Source: Leucoraja ocellata
Taxonomy: Eukaryota
Reading direction: 5' to 3'
Length of the DNA stretch: 64,000 nucleotides
Assembly: GCA_036785375.1 (NCBI GenBank)
Contig: JAWMAR010000206.1
Span: 4,154,001 to 4,218,000 of the forward strand
The position numbers were made by a program, and so were the translations under genes. Each line of letters begins with the position of its first letter. Within the stretch, counting starts at the first letter, position 1. The notes beneath the pieces are model-generated. The model was not told where the DNA came from. It saw only the letters and a program-made list of their open reading frames with translations, and searched no databases. Below, in pieces: positions 1 to 12,822 of the stretch.

Positions 1-2821
1 GGACTGGTGAAAGCTTGGGGCCGCACTATCCCCAAAGATCTTTTAGATCAGGGCCCGCCGCGGACCCCCTGGAAAATGCGCCCCCCCCAACGTCGCCAGC
101 ACATCCTCAGAACAAAAGCACTCAGAAAACAGAAAACACAAAACCGCCAATAACCATGGAGGTAGGTGGGTCTGGTTCCTACCAGCATATAGAGCGCTTT
201 CTTGGACTATCTTGGCTTTCATATTAATTCAGTCCACGTAACTAGAAGGATGCCAAGAGACAACATAGTTGAATTGGCACAAACAAGCACAAAGTAATGG
301 TCAAACTACCAACTACTCGACAAATAACAGAGTAATTGGGAAAAAATGGTACCATTTTCTGTCTACATCATTCAGATGTTAGTATCAAAAACAACATATA
401 GGTTGTCATTGAGCATCTCATGAAGTTACCCACTGAAGTAATATCAGAAAGACAGTGGTGGGGTTACCACTTATACTGGGCATTAATTATCTAAAAAATG
501 TTCGGGTGAATTTATGAGTTTAAAGCACTTGCATGTATGGGTATAAATAGACTACACTATGGAGGTGGCCTATATTAACCATATGGCAGCATAAAGTCGG
601 TATCATATGAGAAGTTGGTCAAACCAATTTGGCAATGGTATATCCATAGATGTATTTGACTATCAACAACTTACCTGGGGGGGTAAGAAAAAATACAGTG
701 ACAGACACCAGGTCACATAATATTAAGGACTACATCAATTAGATGTTTTCATATAAAGTTAACAAAACTATTAAGCTATATGATGCAACAGATATTAATG
801 CATTTCATTGTCGCTGTACTGTACACTGACAATGACAATTAAAATGGAATGTGAAACTGTTATCGATTATTTGCATTAACGCTATATCACCAGGTGTTCG
901 GGGATGTCCTATGTATGTCGCGGGGGGAAACCAGACCCTGGGCCAGTGGAATCCTCATTAAAAAAAAAAAAAAATAAATAAAAAAATAAAAAAAAAATTC
1001 TCTGGGACAGATAGTTCCAGCAGAAAGATCGTCAGCTATATATATTAACTTTTCTGACCTATAGGTCATGTTGTCATTCAAGAATGTATTTATAATATTG
1101 ATAGACAAATGCGTTCACGCTGCATTGGTGAAATTAATTCTATGTATTTTTCCCTTCTGCCTCACCAATCGAGAACAACGCACATTAAAAAAGGATTCAG
1201 CTTCAGGTATTTGATAGTACCTGACGGACTTACGCAGCCCTTGTTTCACTTCACGCCATGACATGGCTGTTGAAACTTGGATGGTGTTTTCCAGTACCCA
1301 GAATTATTAATATCGGAGTCGGGCACAAATCAACCTGTGCCATGAGAAATAAGCTCCTAAGATGCAGATTCTGCGCAAGCCTCTGGGACTGGGATTGTTA
1401 TACTGAATAATCAACACCATGTCAGCATCCTTTTGAACATCCACTGGACTACAACAATTGTCCAGCATCAAGAGAAGTACTGCAAGGATAAAGGGGAAAA
1501 CCTACTCATCCGATACAGGTACTACGAACTGGAATTCCTGGAGAACCTTCATCATGATGAAGGATTCGGCTACAGTGCCATCAACACAGCTAGAATTATC
1601 CTGCCTGTTCTTTTTTCAAAACAGCTACAGGACAACAGGCCATGGGGTCACTGGCTGGAGGGAATTTGAAGGGTATTAAAACTCTAAACCCCTAGACTAG
1701 GTACACCTATATATGGGATGCCAGTCGTTAAACCACACTTCAGGGGATCCCACCAGCCAGAGCCCTAAACCTGAACCTTCTATGCACTAAAAACATATGT
1801 TAAAGGCACATGGAGCAGCACAGAGTGTCCAGTCACTACTCCTACTTCAACTGGACACCATGCTCACAGCTTCAGACCAGATCTCAATCATTTGTTCAGG
1901 GAATGGTCAAACCAGACCAGGAACACCTTATCCAGTCATAAAACCGGGCTACCCGCCAGAAAAACTCGGTATGTGCCAAGACCCTATTACCTTATATAGA
2001 CACAACCTAATTATGCGAGGGAGATGGAAAGCCTTGTGGGTTGGTCACAAAACACCTTGTGGTCGGGTAACAAGCCTTTTTTGAAATGGCTCAAGCAGGT
2101 TAAAGCTCCTGGGAATAAAACTAACATGTATAAGTTGTCATCCCACAGGAGAAGCTTCCACGTCAACGGCAAAAGAATGGACGTGCCTGTAAACCACATC
2201 CTGGCTACAGCAGAATAGTGGGGGTAAAACGTTCAGAGAGAAATAAATTATAAACTGTTGACAAAACCTGTTTTATTTGCAGGAAGATTCCAATCTGCAA
2301 ATATTCAAATTAGCCAAGGGGAGCATTTAAAATTCTTCAGTGTTATTGTAAAAATACCATTGGTTTTTTCCTATAAACAGAATCATTGGTTGATTATGAT
2401 AACACGCTTCCTCCCTCAAAGGCTTCGGCAGCGAGTGATATAAAGCTGTTACAACGGTTTGAAATCACAGAGCTTTGAAATCTTCACGAAGTCACTCACG
2501 TGACTCCGAAGTAAAATAGTAAGATTAAACGAGAACTTACCAGTTTGAAGTTTGATCTGTATTTTATGAGGAGTTACGATGAGGGATTACGTGCCCTCCG
2601 CTCCCACCCTCATTACATGGATCAAACTGATAATTGATGTCTCTTTATTCTTTACTATGTTACTTCAAATACGTGTCTGTCTGTGATTCCACACCGCTGC
2701 TTTGAAGTTATGCCGCAATGCGTCCTGGGGCGGGCTTCTTCACGTAATCCCTCATCGTAACTCCTCATAAAATACAGATCAAACTTCAAACTGGTAAGTT
2801 CTCGTTTAATCTTACTATTTT
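1..2821 (+). mobile_element. DIRS1-like tyrosine-recombinase retrotransposon, degenerate and internally deleted, 5' end outside the window
   Basis: Remnants in DIRS order: RNase H-like (..EVAYINHM, ~550-600), MT-like (FPFCL../GILIVPD, ~1150-1250), YR (GYSAINTAR ~1568, AQSVQSL ~1820, HRRS/HSTR-like ~2140). These are followed by an internal complementary region and an inverted 3' terminus. Confidence 0.85.
2513..2821. repeat. Perfect 81-bp inverted repeat (2513-2593 / 2741-2821): DIRS ICR versus 3' terminal repeat
   Basis: aaaatagtaagattaaacgagaacttaccag...gagggattacgtg is the exact reverse complement of cacgtaatccctc...cttactatttt. Confidence 0.95.
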
Positions 2822-3012
2822 GCCTAAGCCAATTAACCTACAGACCTGTACATCAATGGAGTGTGGGAGGAAACCAGAGCATTTGGAGAAAACCCATGCA
2901 GGTTACGGGGGTACAACATACAAATTCTGTCCAGACAGCACCTGTAGTGAGGATCAAACTGGGTCTCTGGCACTGTAAGGTAGCAACTCTATTGCTGTAC
3001 CACCATGTTGCC
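2822..3012 (-). mobile_element. HE1/V-SINE-like SINE, 5' half, interrupted by the DIRS element
   Basis: Reverse complement gives a tRNA-like head, central ttcctcccacactcca and gtaggttaattggctt, stopping at the DIRS end. Confidence 0.85.
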
Positions 3013-3319
3013 CAGTTTGATGCAAAATGACTGAGGATAGAGCAGAAATTTGGCTGCTGCGATGTAGACTTAATGTGAGCATATCAGGAATTTACATTTA
3101 TCTTGTGCTTTTAGTTTTGTAAAACATCCCAAGTGCTCCATAGGAGGATTAATAGATACAATGTGAAAGCAAATCCTAAGGGTGATCTCAGGACAGGACA
3201 GGCTACCAAAAGCTTGGTCAAAACAGCAAAGTTTACAGAGAGTTGTGAAGGAACAGACTCAGAGAGTTAGGAAGAAATCTTTGGAATTAGTGTCCAAGCT
3301 GTTATAGGCATTGCCAATA

Positions 3320-3432
3320 GGAGAAAACCCACGGAGGTCCTGGGGAGAACGTACAAACTCCATACAAACAAGCAGCCGTAGATAGGATTGAACCAGGGTG
3401 ACTGGCGCTGTAAGGCAGCAACTCCACTCTGT
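3320..3432 (-). mobile_element. SINE fragment (same family)
   Basis: ggagaaaacccac...gagaacgtacaaactcc...ctgtaaggcagcaactc. Confidence 0.75.
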
Positions 3433-4117
3433 AAGTAAGAATGTCATTGTTCCGTTGACATATGACAATAAAACACTCTTGACTCTCTTGACTTTTGTGA
3501 TGATAAGGAAGTTGTGGTGACTTTACAATATGATCTGACTCTGGGCACACATTTGTTGCTAAGCTTCAATGACAATCATGCCACACATTGCCCAATGGTC
3601 TCGGTGACAGCTGATACAAATGTACAGATGAAGACTGCACTGACTCTTTCTTCTTCTGAGTTGGAAGTTAGGACACTGCCACACAGGACCATCATGAAGC
3701 TATAAAGAAAAAATGATATGCTTCAAGAGAGCAGCTTAATGTCCGCATTGAGCAGGGAGTTAGCAATTGTGAACAAATTGTACTTCTCATTGAGCAGAGA
3801 GATCACATTTATTTGCAGAAGAGTGCTGTCACTTGACACCAGGTTACAACCAATAAATAGTGCATATATATCCAAGATCGGAGATGCACCATGTGAATAA
3901 TTTGTCTGCAAACAGAGAGAGGATGAGCGAGAGTGAATCGCTTACCTGTCACAGAGATGTCACAGGCCTCACAGTCAGAGCCAGTTGCTTCTTCAGTTAA
4001 CTGTGGGCTGCAAAGTGGCACAGCGGTACAGTTGCTGCTTTACAGTGCCTGAGATAAAAGTTATGAAGTCATCTTGCAGCTTTATTCAATCTTGGTAAGG
4101 CTACATTTGTAGTGTTA

Positions 4118-4514
4118 AGGGCATGTCCCACTTTCACTAATTCCCCTTGATTCAAACTCGCAGAATGTTCATAACGAGTCTGTAGGAGGTCGTAGGAGTT
4201 CGTAGATATATCGTAGGTGCTCGTTATGCTGGCCGTAGGTACTCGTGGCATCAGGTAAGTCGGGACGTTTTTTCCAGCCCGATAAAAAATGTCCACGAGT
4301 GAAAAATTATCGGGATGAAAGAAATTGCAACTTTTTACTTGTAAGGAGGGCATCGAAATAGTCGTTGGAATTCGTAGACATACTCGTAGGAGTTCGTGAA
4401 CATAGTCGTGGAAGGTCGTAGGAGTTCGTAGATTACCACGATCTTGATTTTTTTATTAGGTCCTTTAAACTCGGCAGAGGTTTTGAATTAAGTCGTGAAA
4501 GTGGGACAGGCCCT
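4118..4514. mobile_element. PIF/Harbinger-type MITE
   Basis: TIRs agggcatgtcccactttcac / gtgaaagtgggacaggccct, TTA TSD at 4115-4117 and 4515-4517, internal tcgtagg repeats, no ORF. Confidence 0.85.
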
Positions 4515-4689
4515 TTATGTGAAGTTGTGACTGCCTGATCACAGACAGGATATGGTAACTTTGGAGAGGGTGAGGAAATGGTTTAACAGGTGTATCCTAA
4601 ACACGTGACAATTTCCATGAGCATAGTCCCACGATGAGCTACAACTAGCTGCACATTAAGGGAATGGAAAACTCACCTGTCCATCACAA

Positions 4690-5200
4690 GGTCATTTTCT
4701 TGTCCATTTGCCAGAACTTTGTCCATTCACTTAGCATAGCTGTATCTTTTGTAGCCTCATTATGTTTCTTCACAACTTACTTTCCTACCTTTCGATGTAT
4801 CTCCAGCAAATTTAGCAAACAGACTTCCATCCACATCAGGTATGTAGAAAGCTGAGACACCAGCACATTTCCTGCATTGTCATTATATCCTATCTACCAG
4901 AAAAATATAAATCTGTCTCTGCTTCTGGTTAGCTAGTCAATCATTTATCCATATCAATAATGTTAACTCATACACCATGAGTTATTATTTTGACAATAAT
5001 TTTTGATGTGGTACATTATGTAAGGCCTTCTGGAAATTGTATATCCACCTGTTGTCCCTTATCCACAGCATGTTATTACTTGGAAAAAATACCTCCAATT
5101 AACTAAAGAAACATGATTTCCCTCTTCCAAAAACACACCATCTTTAATTGATTGAGTGAATTTTTCTGAAAGTCTTGTTATGAAGTGTTTTGTAAAAATG
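4690..5200 (-). mobile_element. Old CR1 LINE RT fragment
   Basis: Minus-strand translation gives AKFAGDTS.GRKVSCEE..LQKD...SEWTKFWQM and FQKAL..VPH, degenerate CR1 RT motifs. Confidence 0.65.
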
Positions 5201-5426
5201 TACAACATGTTCCTTATGTTGCATGCTTCAGGTCGATCATCCATCAGAACTGTGAGCTGCTAGTAATCAAACATTAAGATGCAGAGAGAGAACAAGGCTC
5301 TATTAGAGGATTTTTGGCCTAGCAAACCAATTAGACCAGCAAGGAGGCGGCACGGTGGCGCAGCGGTAGAGTTGCTGCCTTGCAACGCTTGCAGCGCCAG
5401 AGACCCATGTTCGATACTGCGCTTGG

Positions 5427-6775
5427 ATTGTAATTGTAATTGTAATTAATTTATTAGCCAAGTATGTTTTGCAACATCCGAGGACTTTTATTTGCCAAGT
5501 CAGTTTTACAATTAAAAATCAACAGAACACACAAAACACATTTTAACGTAAACATCCACCACAGTGACTCCTTCACATTCCTCACTGTACGGAAGGCGAT
5601 AAGAAAAGTGAAATCTCTTCCATTGTTTGCTCTCCCGTGGTCGGGGGCCTCGAGCCCTCAGGCGATGGGACGATCTTGACAATAGACAATAGGTACAGGA
5701 GTAGGTCATTCGGCCCTTCGAGCCAGCACCGCCATTCACTGTGATCATGGCTGATCATCCACATTCAGTGGCTCCCGTAGCTGGCCCTCTATGTCGGGGA
5801 GATCAGCTCCTTCATTGGGGGGAGGGATGTCAGCTCCCGCACGCGGTGATCGAACCCCGGATCAGGGCTGCATTCATTGGAGTTCCCGACTAGCCTCTCC
5901 TGAGACGGCAAGCTTGATGGTAAAGTCTGCAGGCCGCAGTTGGAGTGATCCCAGGCAAGGGATTGACTCCAATGTTAAGTCCATGCCTCGTGGGGGCGCA
6001 CAAGGTCAGTCCGAGGAGGCCTCCAGCTCCATCGATGGTAGGCCGCATAGTGACCGGAGACATGATCTGGAAAATAATCGCATCTCCGACAAAGTAAGAA
6101 ATTGAAATAAAGGTTCCCCGACCCCCTCCCCCTCTCCCCACATTATACAAACTGGAGAACATTTACACAAACTTATAAAATGCACTAACATTTATTTAAA
6201 ATGACGAAAAAACAGACTGTTGACTGTGCTGCCAATCGTTCGGCGCCCCCTGGTGGTGACACACAACTATATAAAAATTAACATAAACATCCACCAAAGT
6301 GCATTGTGATGGAAAGCAACAACGTATTATCTTCTTCCCTCCTTTTCTCTCGCGGTTGGCAAAGTCGAACCATCTGTAGTCGGGACGATCAAAGCTCCCG
6401 CAGCCGGCGATAGAAGCTCTCGTGATCGGGGCAGTTGAAGCTCCTGCAGTTGGAGCTCCCAAAGTCAATCCCTAACCAAGGGTCCGCAAATTCCACAATG
6501 TCAAGTCCGCAGGCTCCCGCAGTGGAGCTCCCGAGGTCCATCTCTGACAAAGGGATCGCAAGCTCCACGATGTTAAATCCGCAGGCCGGACGGAGACACG
6601 ATACAGAAAAAAGTTGCATCTCCGTCGAGGAAAGAGATTAAAAAATGTTTCCCCTACCTCCCCCCATAATACAAAACTAAAGACTAAAGATACAGTAAAA
6701 CATATATTTAACACAAGACTAAAAACAACAAAAGAAAAAAAGGATGAGACAGACTGTTGGTGAGGCTGCCATCGT
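5427..6775 (-). mobile_element. Two tandem copies (~5427-6256, ~6258-6775) of a CpG-rich non-autonomous retroposon; the first contains a CR1 3' fragment (~5678-5765)
   Basis: Shared blocks acataaacatccacca, agctccacgatg..ggccg..cggaga and agacagactgttg..gctgcca; (attgta)n tail at ~5427-5450. Confidence 0.7.
6243..6256 (-). promoter_or_regulatory. CTCF core motif match CCACCAGGGGGCGC
   Basis: gcgccccctggtgg is the reverse complement of the canonical vertebrate CTCF consensus. Binding is not shown. Confidence 0.45.
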
Positions 6776-8094
6776 ACGTTGTCTGTGTGGAGTTTGCACA
6801 TTCTCCCCGTGACCTTGTGCATTTTCACCGGGTCCGTCATTTTCCCCCCACGTCCTGTAAGATGTGCAGGTTGGCAGGCTTAATTGGCCATTGGACATTG
6901 TTCCTTGCGTATTGTAGGTGTGTGGAAGAATAGTAGAGTTGATGAAAATGAGGGAAGATTAATAAATGGGATTCATGTCGGTTTAATGTAATGACATGGA
7001 TTGATGTTCGGCACAGACTGTCTACCATGCTGCTCCATGTTTCCATGCTGTCTACGTTTATGATTCTATGAAAGCTCTTCCCTTTTATCCTCTCATCTGC
7101 CTCCTTCCTTTCCTCTGTACCTGAATTAACATCTGTAACTTTTTTTCACTTTCATTGAAAGATTGCCAACCTGATTCTTTCTCCTCAGACCCTACCTGAT
7201 CTGTTGAGTTTCCAAATTTGTCTTAAATCGTATCTATATAGTAGTACATCAAACATAAGTGTATGCTTTGTACTGACGTTGTATCTAATTTATGTGACTG
7301 CCAAAAAGCTGCTGAAATAACAATAGTAAGTCATTCTGTTGTATTTTTAATATTAAATTGGAAAGCAGTCATTTTCAGAAGAATACAATAACGCATCACT
7401 TGATGGTTTTGTCAAAAAAACGTATTTTGTGTCAAGTGACTGGCTATGACCTGTTTGTTTTTACGCTTTTACACCGACCAAAGAGTGCTACTGTTTCATT
7501 TGTCACAATGATATATACAGTATTATGAAGACAATTGTAGAGACAGAAAATGTGGATCACTGACGAGACCTTGGGAACATGACACATGGAATATGATTCA
7601 CTTAGGTTAGGCAAGAGCAATATGCATTCAGATCAAATTCTAGCTTGACCATGGGAAACAAGATGAAAATATTGTGCACCTCTTCCATATTTTCCAAAAC
7701 CATTGGTCACTATTCAAGGAAAATCCACGATATTCTTAATGGGATCCGTTTATGACTCGGATGTATTAATCCAATCACAATTTCTCTTTTGCTGTAAACA
7801 CCTGGCATGCACAGCTCAACATGATAATTTATGTGATTACGCAGTGCTTAGCTATTAGCTTAGACAGAAGATCAATAGCATTATTTAAAGTGGAATGGTA
7901 ATATCTCCAGGTTTGCTGAAAATATTTAAAATTCAATCACATGTATCAAAATATCGGCAATATAGTTTGAATTCCACAGCTAATGTGCATTGCATTTCCA
8001 ATGGGAAAGATCATACCCAATTCATTGTTTCTTCTTTTCTTTCCTCTCTGCAGTTTCAAGGTACACTCAAGGTTGGCACAGCAGCACAGCTAGC

Positions 8095-8385
8095 AGAGTT
8101 GCCCAACAGCACCCGAGACCCAGGTTCGATCCTGACCTCGATCGCTGTCTGTGTAGAGCTAGCACTTTTTTCCTGTGACTGCGTGGATTTCCACCAACAG
8201 CTGCAAGTCCCTCCCACATCCCCAAGGATCCCAAATGTCTGAAACTCAATAGGCCTCTGGTGTATAGGGAGTGGATGCGAAAGTTGGATAACATAGAACT
8301 AGTGTGAATGGATAATCGATGGTCGGTGTAGACTCGTGGGTCCAAGGGCATGTTTCCATGCTGTATCTTTCAATTCAATTCCAAT
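8095..8385 (+). mobile_element. HE1/V-SINE-like SINE
   Basis: B-box ggttcgatcc, V-domain-like core and CR1-derived 3' end tgtttccatgctgtatct. Confidence 0.8.
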
Positions 8386-8553
8386 TCATTCATCAGACCA
8401 CATGCTGGAGTGAAAAAAAAGAATCACAGAAACAAAACCTGAATACAATAGAAATACACTGTTCAGACACCGGAGCCCAGCATATCAGCAAAGCTTATCC
8501 TCTTCATATAGACCCTAGGGCTTCTTGTGAGTTGCTTGTCATAGCTGGATCTG

Positions 8554-10663
8554 CATGGATGAACTACAAAAATTGTTCATCCCAGTTTGGCAAAAGAATA
8601 AATCAGGGAAGGTAGTACATCCATGGATAACAAGGGAAATCAGGAATAGTATCAAAGCGAAGGATGATGCGTACAAATTAGCCAGAAAAAGCAGCATACC
8701 GGAGGACTGGGAGAAATTCAAAGACCAGCAGAGGAGGACAAAGGGCTTAATTAGGAAAGGAAAAATAGATTATGAAAGAAAACTGGCAGGGAACATAAAA
8801 ACTGACTGCAAAAGTTTTTATAGATATGTGAAAAGAAAGAGATTAGTTAAAACAAATGTAGGTCCCTTGCAGTCAGAAACAGGGGAGTTGATCATGGGGA
8901 ACAAGGATATGGCGGACCAATTGAATAACTACTTTGGTTCCGTCTTCACTAAGGAAGACATAAATAATTTGCCGGAAATAGCAGGGGACCGCGGGTCAAA
9001 GGAGTTGGAGGAATTGAGTGAAATCCAGGTTAGCCGGGAAGTGGTGTTGGGTAAATTGAATGGATTAAAGGCCGATAAATCCCCAGGGCCAGATAGGCTG
9101 CATCCCAGAGTACTTAAGGAAGTAGCTCCAGAAATAGTGGATGCATTAGTAATAATCTTTCAAAACTCTTTAGATTCTGGAATAGTTCCTGAAGATTGGC
9201 GGGTAGAAAACGTAACCCCACTTTTTAAGAAGGGAGGGAGAGAGAAAATGGGGAATTATAGACCAGTTAGTCTAACATCGGTAGTGGGGAAACTGCTAGA
9301 GTCAGTTATTAAAGATGGGATAGCAGCACATTTGGAAAGTGGTGAAATCATTGGACAAAGTCAGCATGGATTTACGAAAGGTAAATCATGTCTGACGAAT
9401 CTTATAGAATTTTTCGAGGATGTAACTAGTAGCGTGGATAGGGGAGAACCAGTGGATGTGGTGTATCTGGACTTCCAGAAGGCTTTCGACAAGGTCCCAC
9501 ATAAGAAATTAGTATACAAACTTAAAGCACAAGGCATTGGGGGTTCAGTATTGATGTGGATAGAGAACTGGCTGGCAAACAGGAAGCAAAGAGTAGGAGT
9601 AAACGGGTCCTTTTCACAATGGCAGGCAGTGACTAGTGGGGTACCCCAAGGCTCAGTACTGGGACCCCAGCTATTTACAATATATATTAATGATCTGGAT
9701 GAGGGAATTTAAGGCAATATCTCCAAGTTTGCGGATGACACTAAGCTGGGGGGCAGTGTTAGCTGTGAGGAGGATGCTAGGAGACTGCAGGGTGACTTGG
9801 ATAGGCTGGGTGAGTGGGCAAATGTTTGGCAGATGCAGTATAATGTGGATAAATGTGAGGTTATCCATTTTGGTGGCAAAAACAGGAAAGCAGACTATTA
9901 TCTAAATGGTGGCCGATTGGGAAAGGGGGAGATGCAGCGAGACCTGGGTGTCATGGTACACCAGTCATTGAAGGTAGGCATGCAGGTGCAGCAGGCAGTA
10001 AAGAAAGCGAATGGTATGTTAGCTTTCATTGCAAAAGGATTTGAGTATAGGAGCAGAGAGGTTCTACTGCAGTTGTACAGGGTCTTGGTGAGACCACACC
10101 TGGAGTATTGCGTACAGTTTTGGTCTCCAAATCTGAGGAAGGACATTATTGCCATAGAGGGAGTGCAGAGACGGTTCACCAGACTGATTCCTGGGATGTC
10201 AGGACTGTCTTATGAAGAAAGACTGGATAGACTTGGTTTATACTCTCTAGAATTTAGAAGATTGAGAGGGGATCTTATAAAAACTTACAAAATTCTTAAG
10301 GGGTTGGACAGGCTAGATGCAGGAAGATTGTTCCCGATGTTAGGGAAGTCCAGGACAAGGGGTCACAGCTTAAGGATAAAGGGGAAATCCTTTAAAACCG
10401 AGATGAGAAGAACTTTTTTCACGCAGAGAGTGGTGAATCTCTGGAACTCTCTGCCACAGAGGGTAGTTGAGGCCAGTTCATTGGCTATATTTAAGAGGGA
10501 GTTAGATGTGGCCCTTGTGGCTAAGGGGATCAGGGGGTATGCAGAGAAGGCAGGTACGGGATACTGAGTTGGATGATCAGCCATGATCATATTGAATGGC
10601 GATGCAGGCTCGAAGGGCCGAATGGCCTACTCCTGCACGTAATTTCTATGTCTATGTTTCTAT
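8554..10663 (+). mobile_element. Young 5'-truncated CR1 LINE
   Basis: ORF2 RT region, 3'UTR and (tttctatg)n tail; possible gatctg TSD at 8548-8553 and 10664-10669. Confidence 0.95.
8555..10567 (+). pseudogene. CR1 ORF2 reverse transcriptase, 5'-truncated, with one in-frame stop (TAA 9710-9712)
   Basis: Motifs [38 protein letters not shown], then *GNISKFADD. ORFs 8555 and 9797 are in the same frame. Confidence 0.95.
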
Positions 10664-10784
10664 GATCTGTAGGTAGTAGGTGCTACTGCTTACAGATGCT
10701 TCTCATCTTGATCCAGAATCATGTGGACCAAAACAATTGAGCAAAAAAAAACACTGAAAATTTAGCAATGAGAACATTTTTGAC

Positions 10785-11306
10785 CTCAAGAATCGAAGAT
10801 ATGACCAAAGTATGTAAAATAGCTACTAATTAAAAGTGCCATGAACAAAAGTGAAGAGGAGTGGGGGGGAGTGCTCAGGGATGAAGGGGATGGAGAAGTA
10901 GAAAGGTAGGAAGAGGGATGGCAAGGTAATGGAGGAGCGGAGGGGGAAGAGGGAGGAGTGGAGGGATGGGGAGGAAGCAGAGGAGTGTTGGTGGAGGGTG
11001 GGGAGAGGGAGGACAATGGAGGAGGGGAATAGATGACTGAAGAGGGAGAGTGAGATGCGTTCACATTGATCTTACTTTTTACAAGTTATTGCCATTTTGA
11101 ATTTTAAAAACATCGCAGTCGCGCTCCCACTTGCTGGCCATGCCTGCGCAGTTGGGGGGGGGGGGGGTTCCGTGACTCGCGTCACAACGGGGATCTCTGG
11201 CGTCACAACGGGAACCCATCAGCCGCGACTGCATATTTGGGGGCTATGGGTCAGTGGTGGAATATTGCTTTGGTGGACGGGCCCAATGGGTCTGCACATG
11301 GTCTAG
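10785..11306 (+). mobile_element. Putative Helitron-like or unclassified non-autonomous DNA element with an internal purine-rich tract (~10855-11050)
   Basis: 3' hairpin ggccc-aat-gggtc about 10 nt before CTAG|T at 11303-11307; 5' boundary unclear. Confidence 0.35.
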
Positions 11307-11389
11307 TAGTTCATAAAATCAAGCACGGAAGCAGATATGAATACGTATTTCCAAGCTTGGGTTCAACAGTCTCGAATGCCTCTATTCTT

Positions 11390-11707
11390 TGACTTTAGAG
11401 TTTAGAGATATGGCAAGGAAACAGGCCCTTCAGCCCACCAAGTCTGTGCCGACCAGTGATCACCCCATACACTAGCGTTATCCTGCACACTAGGAACAAT
11501 TTAGAATTTTTACCGAAGCCAATTATCCCACAACTCTCGACGTCTTTGGAGTGCAGTAGGAAACTGGAGCATCTAGAGAAAACCTACATGGTCACAGGGA
11601 GAATACACAGTACAGAACTCAGTACAGAAAGCACCTGTAGTCAGGATCGAACCTGTGTCCCTTGCGCTGTAAGACAGTAATTCTATCGCTGCACCACTGT
11701 GCCGCCC
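11390..11707 (-). mobile_element. HE1/V-SINE-like SINE, near full length
   Basis: Full consensus match from the (ctaaa)n-type tail to the ggcggcacagtgg head. Confidence 0.9.
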
Positions 11708-11959
11708 CTTTGTCTTACTTTCCCCAGCAAATTAAATATGTGGATCTAGTCAAAACACAAATTAACACTAATATCACTAATTGAGCAGTAAAGAAATCAA
11801 AATTGATAACCTGTCTCCCCCCAAATGTTTCCCACACACTGCCTTAGGCACTTAGTTAAATACTGCAGTGTATGAGCAGATTCCTGATTGCATACATCTC
11901 TCTAAAGTTATCACTCGTCACTATCCATAATTAAACTGTTATTGAGAATTGATCTTTTT

Positions 11960-12822
11960 AGATAGAAACATAGAAAATAGGTGCAGGAGTAGGCCATTCG
12001 GCCCTTCGAGCAAGCACCGCCATTCAATATGAGCATGGCTGATCATCCAAAATCTGTACCTCGTTCCTGCTTTCTCCCCATATCACTAGATTCCGTTAGC
12101 CACATAGAGCATAGAACATTGCACAGGACAGGAGCATAGTACAACACAGGAACAGGCCCTTCAGCCCACAATGTTTCTGTCAAACATGATACCAAGCTGA
12201 ACTGATCTCATCTGCCTGCACCATTCATATCCCTCTATTCCCTGCATTTCGATGTGCCTATCCAAAAGCCTCTTAACCGCCACTATAATATCTGCCTCCA
12301 GCACCACCCCTGGCAAAGTGTTCCAGGCCCACACCACTCACTGTGTAAAAAACCTGCCCCACACATCTCCATTAAACTTTCCCCTTCTTACCTTAAAGCT
12401 ATGGCCACTGGTGTTGGATATTTCCACACAGGGGAAAAAGGTTCTGACTGTCGACTCTACATCTGTCACTCATAATTGTATCTACTTCTATCAAGTCTCC
12501 TCTCAAGCTCCAACATTCCAGGGAAAACAATCCAAGTCTTTACTATCCTATCTCGTGCTGCCACCTTGAATGAGCTTTGAACTTAGATGCTGGTGATCTT
12601 GCATTTTTTACATTTACTATCAATTTGGCAGGCTATTTTACAAGAAATTGTTTTAAGATCATAAGGTCATAAGTGATAGGAGCAGAATTAGGCCATTCGG
12701 ACCATCAAATCTACTCCGCTCTTCAATCATGGCTGATCTATATCTCCCTCCTAACCCCATTCTCCTTCCTTCTCCCCATAACCCCTGACACCCGTACTAA
12801 TTAAGAATCTATCTATCTCTGG
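11960..12822 (-). mobile_element. Cluster of CR1 3' fragments
   Basis: Tails (catagaaa/catagaa) and the aggccattcggcc..tcaatcatggctgatc 3'UTR, matching 10560-10660. Confidence 0.8.

Larger units (their letters stand above)
5345..7050 (+). mobile_element. SINE split by two tandem CpG-rich retroposon copies (SINE parts ~5345-5420 and ~6780-7050)
   Basis: The head ggcggcacggtggcgcagcggtagagttgctgcc..ttcgat resumes as gtctgtgtggagtttgcacattctccccgtgacc. Confidence 0.8.

Noticed and set aside
3946-4000. Possible minus-strand micro-exon (cag|TTAACT...ACAG|gtaagc; LTEEATGSDCEACDISVT)
   Set aside because: The acceptor overlaps a SINE fragment, the peptide is unrecognisable, and no partner exons were found.
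4671-4872. Minus-strand donor AG|gtgagt suggesting an exon
   Set aside because: The sequence translates to degenerate CR1 RT with stops.
5345-5420. tRNA-like sequence with A and B boxes
   Set aside because: It is the SINE head, not a tRNA gene; the same applies to all other copies.
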